Shown here: in pieces, positions 56,002 to 64,000 of the stretch
How positions within the stretch are numbered: position 1 is the first letter of the stretch
Layout of the letters: each line of letters starts with the position of its first letter
From: Thalia democratica
Taxonomy: Eukaryota
NCBI GenBank assembly: GCA_965202585.1
Contig: OZ241826.1
Coordinates: 31,124,001 to 31,188,000, forward strand
Length of the DNA stretch: 64,000 nt
Direction of reading: 5' to 3'
The notes under the pieces: model-generated
Database searches by the model: none
What the model was told of the DNA's origin: nothing
Seen by the model: the letters and a program-made list of their open reading frames with translations, nothing else
Position numbers and translations under genes: made by a program

Positions 56002-59000
56002 TTTACGGATATAATACTTACTTTCTACCTGAACCTTGATAAGCCATCTTTGCTATAAAAGTAGTTACATAATTCTTAAACATTCTAACCTTTTTAAGGC
56101 CTAGAGACCTCTAAAAAATTAGATTACATCAGGGCACAGCCAACTGTGGTCTGCGAGCATGAAAATGTAGCCTAAAAACGAAATTGTAGAAACGCACACT
56201 ACACTGAACTTGACAACTAATAATCGAAAGTAAAAACTAGTAAACAATAACCAAGTATACTTGGTAGATCTTTATTATCAACTTGAAATTAAACAACCAG
56301 TCATCAATTAACCAAATTTTAAATTGTAAATAACTTGTAATTAAGTGTAATAGGCATTATTCCTGATGCATTAGAGAAAAACAAATTATTTTTTTTTCAT
56401 AATTGGCTTGCTGTCAATTCAATGCTTACTGGTTGTTGACTTGGCATTGAGATTGGAAGCAGTTCACTTAACTGATTTGTATTTGCTGCTTATTGGAACA
56501 TAAATTCTGTATTTGGCTTTAAGATTAGAAGCAGTTCACTAAATTTTTTGTATTTGCTGCTTATTGGAACATAAATTCTGTATTTGGCTTTAAATAGTTG
56601 ATTTGGAACCCAGCAGTTTGTTTCTAGTTCAAAACAAAATAACATTTATAACTGCTGATATATATAATTAAATTGAGGCTTATACTAATTTATACTATAA
56701 CACAACTTAGTTTATATTTGACTTATTTACTAATTTTCAAGATTTGTCTTTATTGGTATTGAATCCTTAATAATTCCATTATTTAACATTGCGTTGTCTT
56801 CATTTTGTTTATTGATTGAAATTATCTTAGTCTCAAGTTTATACCTAACATTGACCCTAGTTATAAACCCTCCACCAGTCTAGATGTAGCAAAGCTATCC
56901 TCTAAAACCTTCACAACGGTTTTACATGGCCACTAACTAAAGTGACCACCATTCCGGGGCATTCCCCCCGTAAATTTCAACTTTCTTTATTATTAGTTGT
57001 CTTTGAGGTTTAAACTATTTCAATCGATCATAGCAAAGAATTAGTTTTTGATTTAATTTACTATTTTATTTAATATACATTAAAAATTGTTTTATGATTA
57101 AAAAACAGTCTTTATTGAATACAATTTTAAACAAAAATGTCTTTATAGTTTTAGTATTTTACAATAAACTAATAAGAACGAAATTTAATTAGGATAAAAA
57201 TTCTATAACCTTATTTGTCTATATATTAATTATATAACCTTATTAACAAATTAACTTTATTTTAAATTTTATTTAATCAAAGAGTCTACCATTATGTGTA
57301 TTTTCAAACCATTGGTAGCACTGTGAGATTGCAACGTGAACTTTACGCAGTTTATTAATACTAACATAAAATTATGTGAGCAACTTATAAATTTGAGTTT
57401 TAATAGCATCAAAATTTTAGATAAAGTAAAATAAAGCGTCTGTTTTGTTGCTGGAAGCATTTTAATCTCCAACAAAACTATCGAAAATATTTTATAAATA
57501 CTTTGAGGTTAAATTTTTTGCATAGTAAAAGGGGGACATTTTATAGAACCTTTTTTTAGTTTATTAAAATAAAAATCTTAAGTAAATAAACATAGTAATA
57601 TTGGAAATTTTGTTTACGAGTTAAATTAAGTTTCAAATGTATTGATCGTTTTTAAAAACAATCACAAAGTTTCTGTTTTTTTTTGGAATTTTTTTTATTC
57701 ATAATCATTGCTTCTTAGACTTAAAACCAAAAGTCAGCTGGCATATAATGGTCACAAAGCAAATTTTGAAAATTTTAATATTTGCAAATATCAATCGTAG
57801 TTTTGTTATCATTCTTCATAACATACCTGAAATACCTATTGCAAGTTATGAATTTCCCGTAAGATGTACCTAATGTCAAATATTTTGCCTTTAATTTTAT
57901 ATTCCTGACTGCTTCTTAAATTTTTTTAAACATTTACATATTGCAATCCGTATTTAACTTTTCGTTGGCTGCATTTTATTTGAAATAAAAACTCACGGCA
58001 AGCACTTTAACCCGTATCAATTCACAGTTTGCCGACTCCGGATTTTATCTCAGCATGTTTGGTTAAAAAAAGTACACTCTAGAAAATAGATGAGCAATGT
58101 TTTCAGACAGAGGGTCAATTTAGTTTTTCGCATGCAGGATAGTTTCATTAAATGTAAAAAAAAAATAAATAGTTCAACTAATTTTGAAAGTTTTTTTTAT
58201 TTAGTTTGCCGCTTCAAACTTCAGAAAATATGGTGTAAATTTCAAATTTTTCGTGAATTCTGTTTATACTCTTAATTTTAAATATCTGGAAATCTAGTTT
58301 AAGATTCAAAGATGTTATTTTCGTGGGCACGAGTTTGTACCTTTTATGGGATGCATTTTGTTTTGCTATTCGTAGGCTGCGGTTTTCTGACCCCTTATCT
58401 AGTGTAGGCCGGACTTACATGCTCACGGACCGGGTTCCACTTAATTTATTAAACATTATCGAGACGAATTTACATTTACTACAAAAAAGTTATTAGTTTG
58501 AACCAATATTTTACAATACTGTACTAACAACAACGATAAAACAGTAACCAGATTATTAGTTGGAATTTTAATGCCAGACTACTTATAAATAATCAATTAC
58601 TACTGCCGCTGTTCAATCAAGCTTGTTATTTCTAACGCTTCCGTAATATATTTAAAAGAGATAATAGGAGTAAAAAATAAATGGTCAAAACAATGTTTTG
58701 ATCGAGTCATTTCTTTTGAAATATATTTTATAGAATATCTTCATCTTTATTAGAATATTAAATTAATAGTTGACAATATTTGTTACAATAAGTGTATCTT
58801 TTGCAAGGTAATTGGTCAAAAATGCACAAAGACACTTTTAAACAAAGTTTTAAATATAAACGAATAGTCACTTTTGCACAAAAACACTTTGGCACGAAGG
58901 AAATTTTAGCAAAAAGACACTTTTCACGAAGGTTCGCTTTTTCACGAGCAAAACTATTTTCATGAAAAAAAAAGACCCTTCGTGAAAAGTGACGGCATGC

Positions 59001-62000
59001 AAAATTGTCTTCGTACAAAAGTGACTTTTCGTGCAAAGTGACTATTCGTGCATATTTGAAATTTTAATTTAAAGTGTTTTCGTGCATATCTGACCCATTA
59101 CCTTGCAAAAGATATACTTGTTGGTATAGTGATAGTTTACTTCGTGCATTATTGACTCCTATGCCTTATGCACAAAAATAACTCAGAATGATACTTAACT
59201 TAAGTTTTTAAAAATAGTGAAGACTATTAGCTATCTAAAATCAATTTAGAAAAATTATTAAAAAAAAGTAAAACTAATATTACATCATATAAGAATAAAA
59301 AAGTCTATACAGCTACAAAAGACCTCATAATACAATAAATTTTCCTACTAAAGAAATAAATCATGCTTTCATAAATTGTAGCAAAACATTTTTTAAAGTG
59401 AATATAAACCATTAAGCATCAGTAATAGTTACTGACTGTGAACTATGTAAAATTCAAGACTAGAATAAATTAAGTATATTATCTTTTTGTTATAGAAATA
59501 ACAATTGTGTTTTAGAATTAATATATACTTACTCGTCTTATCTTAATATATATTTTGCTTAAGGAAAAAAAAAATTGCTAATTTTAGCACCTTAGTTTAG
59601 CTTTCTTTATTAACAACAAGCCATAGTAATTTTTGTACTACTTTAAATTTTATGAAAACTACCGTTTTTAGTATAGTTTATCATAAATAACTAAAAAACA
59701 TAAATCAGTGCTAGCGAAGTATAGAATTAAAAAACATATATTGACAAATATCGGGCAAAATTTTTAACTATAATTTACGGATATAATACTTACTTTCTAC
59801 CTAAACCTTGATAAACCATCTTTGCTAAAAAAGTAGTTACATAATTCTTAAACATTCTAACCTTTCTAAGGCCTAGAGACCTCTAAAAAACTAGATTACA
59901 TCAGGCTACAGCCAACTGCGGTCTGCGAGCATGAAAGTGTAGCCTAAAAACGAAAATGAAACGCACGCTACACTGAACTTGACAACTAATAAACAAAAGT
60001 TAAAACTAGTAAACAATAACCAAGTATACTTAGTAGATCTAAAGAGGACAACTGCTACTAAATAACCAAACATACACTACATGTCTAATTTAAAGAAAAC
60101 AACTGTTTTAAATTGCCAAAAATATTTACAAATCAAGACTGAACAAAAAAAATATATTAATGATGTTGGTGTTTTATATTGCCTATTTATTTAGTTGTAA
60201 AAAATCTCCCATATGTAAATCTTCACAGATTAAAGTAAAAAAAAAGAAATATTTCGATTAAAGCTTAAAAAAGATTCGCTTTTAAAACTTAAAACTAATA
60301 TTTTTTTAGCTTAAAATTTGGTTTAGTTTTCAATCAACTTCTATTCTCTTTTAATAATCATTTCTTTATCTATGTATATTTTTATCACTTTGCAATGCAT
60401 TGGTAATGCATCCGTAATGATAAGTAGTTTTTTTATTATCAACTTGAAATTAAACAACCAGTCATCAATTAACCAAATTGTAAATAACTTGTAATTAAGT
60501 ATAAAAGGCATTATTCCTGATGCATTAGAGAAAAACAAATTATTTTTTTTTTCATAAGTGGCTTGCTGTCAATTCACTGCTTATTGGTTGTTGACTTGGC
60601 ATTGAGGTAGGAAGCAGTTCACTTAACTGATTTGTATTTGCTGCTTATTAGAACATTATTTTGAATTCGGCTTTAAGATTAGAAGCAGTTCACTAAGTTT
60701 TTTGTATTTGCTGCTTACTGGAACATAAGATCTGTATTTAGCTTTAAATCGTTGAATTGGAACCCAACAGTTTGTTTCTAGTTCAAAATAAAATAACATT
60801 TATAACTGCTGATATATACAATTAAATTAAGGCTTATACTAATTTAAAATATTACACAACTTAGTTTATGTTTGACTAATTTACAAATTTCCTAGATTTG
60901 TATTTATTGGTATTGAAAGCTTAATAATTCTATTATTTAACATTGCGTTGTCTTCATTTTGTTTATTGATTGAAATTGTCTTAGTCTCAAGTTTATACCT
61001 ATCATTGACTAGTTATAAACCCTCCACCAGTCCAGATAGAGCAAAGCTACCCTCTAAAAACCTTCATAACGGTTTTACGTGGCCACTAACGTGACCACCA
61101 CTCCGGGGCATTCCCCCGTAGATTTCAACATTCTTTACTATTAGTTGTCTTTGAGGTTTAAACTATTTAAATCGATCATATCAAAGAATTAGTTTTTGAT
61201 TTAATTTACTATTTTGTTTGATACACACTAAAAATTGTTTTATGATTAAAAAACAATCTTTATTGAATAAAATTTTAAACAATAATGTCTTTATAGTTTT
61301 AGTATTTTACAATAAACTAATAAGAACGAAATTTAAATAGGATAAAAATTCTATAAACTTATACAAAGTATGTTTAACTTTATTGTAAATTTTATTTAAT
61401 CATAGAGTCGACCATTATGTGTATTTTCACACCATTGGTAGCATTGTGAGATTGCAACGTGAACTTTTAAGCAGTTTATTAATACTAACATAAAATTATG
61501 AGAGCAACTTATAAATTTAAGTTTTATTAGTATCATAATTTTAGATAAAGTCAAACAAAGCGTCTGTTTTGTTGCTGGAAGCATTTTAACCTCAAAAAAA
61601 ACTATCGAAAATATTTGATAGATACTTTGAGGTTAAAATTTTTGCATAGTGAAAGGGGGACAATTTATAGAACCTTTTTTTTATTTATTAAAATTTAAAT
61701 CTTAAGTAAATAAACATAGTAATAATGGAAACATTTCTAAGTGTTAAATTAAGTTTCAATTGTGTTTATCGTTTTTAGAAACAATCACAGAAATTCTGTT
61801 TTTTTTAGAATAAAAATTTTTTTTTTATTCATAATCATTGCTTCTTATGCTTAAAACCAGAAGTCAGCTGGCATGGTCACAAATAGTCACAAAGCAAATT
61901 TTGAAAATTATAATACTTGCAACTATCAATCGTCGTTTTGTTATTATTCTTCATAACATATCCGAAATACCTAGTGCAAGTTATAAATTTCCCGTTAGAT

Positions 62001-63815
62001 GTACCTAATGTCAAATATTTTGCCTTTAATTTTATATTCCTGACTACTTCGTAAAATTTTTTGAACATTTACATGTTGCAATCCGTATTTAACTTTTTCG
62101 TTGGCTGCATTTAAGTTGAAATAAAAACTCAAGGCGAGCACTTTAACCCGTATCAATTCACAGTTTGCCGACTCCTGCTTTTATCTCGGCATGTTTGGTT
62201 AAGAAAAGTACACTCTAGAAAATAGATGAGCAACGTTTTAAGACAGAGGGTCAATTTAGTTTTTGGCGGGCAGGATAGTTTCATTAAATGTAAAAAAAAT
62301 ATTTGTTCAACTAATTTTGAAAGTTTTTTTTATTTAGTTTGCCGCTTCAAACTTCAGAAAATATGATGGAAGTTTAAAATTTCCCCAGTATTCTGTTTAT
62401 ACTCTTAATTTTAAATATCTGGAAATCTAGATTTAGATTCAAAGATGTTATTTTCGTGGGCACGAGTTTGTACCATTTATGAGATGCATTTTGATTAACT
62501 CTCCATAGGCTGCGATTTTCTGACCCCTTAACTAGTGGAGTTTACATTTACTACAGAAGTTATTAATTTGAACCAATATTTTACAATACTGTACTAACAT
62601 CAACGATAAAACAGCAACCAGATTATTAGTTAGAATTTTAAAGCAAGACTACTTATAAATAATTTATCTACTGCCGCTCTTCAATCAAGCTTGTTATTTC
62701 TAACGCTTCCGTAATATATTTAAAAGAGATAATAGGAGTAAAAAATAAATGGTAAAAACAATGTTTTGATCTAGTCATTTCTTTTGAAATATATTTTTTA
62801 GAATATCTTCATCTTTATTAGAATTTTAAATTAATAGTTGACAATATTTGTTGCAATAAGTATATCTTTTCCACGGTAATTGGTCAAATATACACAAAGA
62901 CACTTTTAAACAAAGTGTCAAATATAAACGAAAAGTCACTTTTTCACAAAAACACTTTGGCAGGAAGGAAATTTTAGCACAAAGACACTTTTCACGAAGG
63001 TTCACTTTTCCACGAGCAAAACTATCTTCATGAAAAAAAAGACCCTTCGTGAAAAGTGACGGCATGCAAAATTGTCTTCGTACAAAAGTGACTTTTTGTG
63101 CATATTTGAAAATTTATTTAAAAGTGTTTTCGTGCATATCTGGCCCATTACCGTGCAAAAGATACACTTGTTGATATAGTGCATAGTTTACTTCGTGCAT
63201 TATTGACTCCTATGCCTTATGCACAAAAATAACTCAGAATGATGGTTAACTTAAGTTTTTCAAAATAGTGAAGACTATTAGCTACCTAAAATAAATTTAG
63301 AAAAATTATTAAATAAAAGTAAAACTGATAAATATATCATATAAGAATAAAAAAGCCTATATAGCTACAAAAGAGCTCATTATACAATAAATTTTTTTCC
63401 GCTAAAGAAATAAATAATGCTTTCAAAAATTGTAGAATTTTTTTTTTTAAAGTGGATACAAACCATTAAGCATCAGTAATAGTTACTGACTGTGAACTAT
63501 GCAAAATTCAAGACTAGAATAATTTAAGTATATTATCTTTTTGTTATAGAAATAACAATTGTGTTTTAGAATTAATATATACCTACTCGTCCTATCTTAA
63601 TATATATTTTGCTTAACGGAAAAAAATTTAGCTAATTGTACCTAAATTAGTTAGTTTTGCTTTTTTACTAACTATTAGCCATAGTAACTTTTGTACTACT
63701 TTAAATTTTAACGAAAACTACCGTTTTTAGTATAGTTCATCATAAATAACTAAAAACATAAATCAGTGCTAGCGAAGTATAGAATTAAAAACATATATTG
63801 ACAAATATCGGGAAA
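56002..63815. repeat. Tandem segmental duplication, units about 56002-59770 and about 59774-63815
   Basis: Both units begin TTTACGGATATAATACTTACTTTCTACC and end GTGCTAGCGAAGTATAGAATTAAAAA..GACAAATATCGGG; collinear throughout. Confidence 0.9.
58861..59055. repeat. CGTGCAAAAGTGAC-family repeat array (duplicate at 62931-63102)
   Basis: Same unit family as 37340-38710 and 50113-50407. Confidence 0.65.
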
Positions 63816-64000
63816 AATTTTGAATTATAATTCTAATAATTCATTAATAAAAATAAAATTTCTTAATAAGTAACCTTTTGTGTTTTTAAAACTTTAAGAT
63901 AACTTTATAATTTGAATTTATATGTAAAAATTAATTTATATTTATTGTTAAGGTTTTTTATAAATAATAAAACAGACAACAGCATTTATTTGCTCGAATT

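Noticed and set aside
19-63184. Remaining 60-100 aa ORFs in the track
   Set aside because: Low-complexity F/L/I/K/N-rich translations of AT-rich introns and repeats, often with non-ATG starts that are not valid for a eukaryote.

Overview
AT-rich (roughly 75% AT by eye) eukaryotic, most likely invertebrate animal, genomic DNA with short GT-AG introns. Almost all short ORFs in the supplied track are spurious. Four zones. (1) About 1.4-17.0 kb, + strand: a non-coding 'inside-out' snoRNA host gene with about 50 short exons and one snoRNA per intron. I count 43 supported copies in about 21 families, including U14 x5, U31 x4, SNORD110 x4, U18, U74, U77-like, U47, U24, U61, snR38-like, several H/ACA guides, orphans and a chimeric H/ACA. 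The array grew by internal block duplication. (2) About 19.5-33.9 kb: a graveyard of duplicated, decayed exons of a receptor-kinase gene family, interrupted by a decayed Mutator-like transposase plus Ulp1 protease relic. (3) 41-54 kb: a type-I membrane C-type lectin gene (- strand, with an 18-nt micro-exon) head-to-head with an intact 12-exon gene of about 478 aa. The latter encodes a lectin-like ectodomain, a TM helix and a catalytically dead, PKR/eIF2-alpha-kinase-like pseudokinase. (4) 56-63.8 kb: an about 3.8-4 kb tandem duplication. MITEs and foldback elements are scattered throughout. rRNA target numbering and family comparisons are from recall (yeast numbering; human snoRNABase-style numbering) and were not checked by search.
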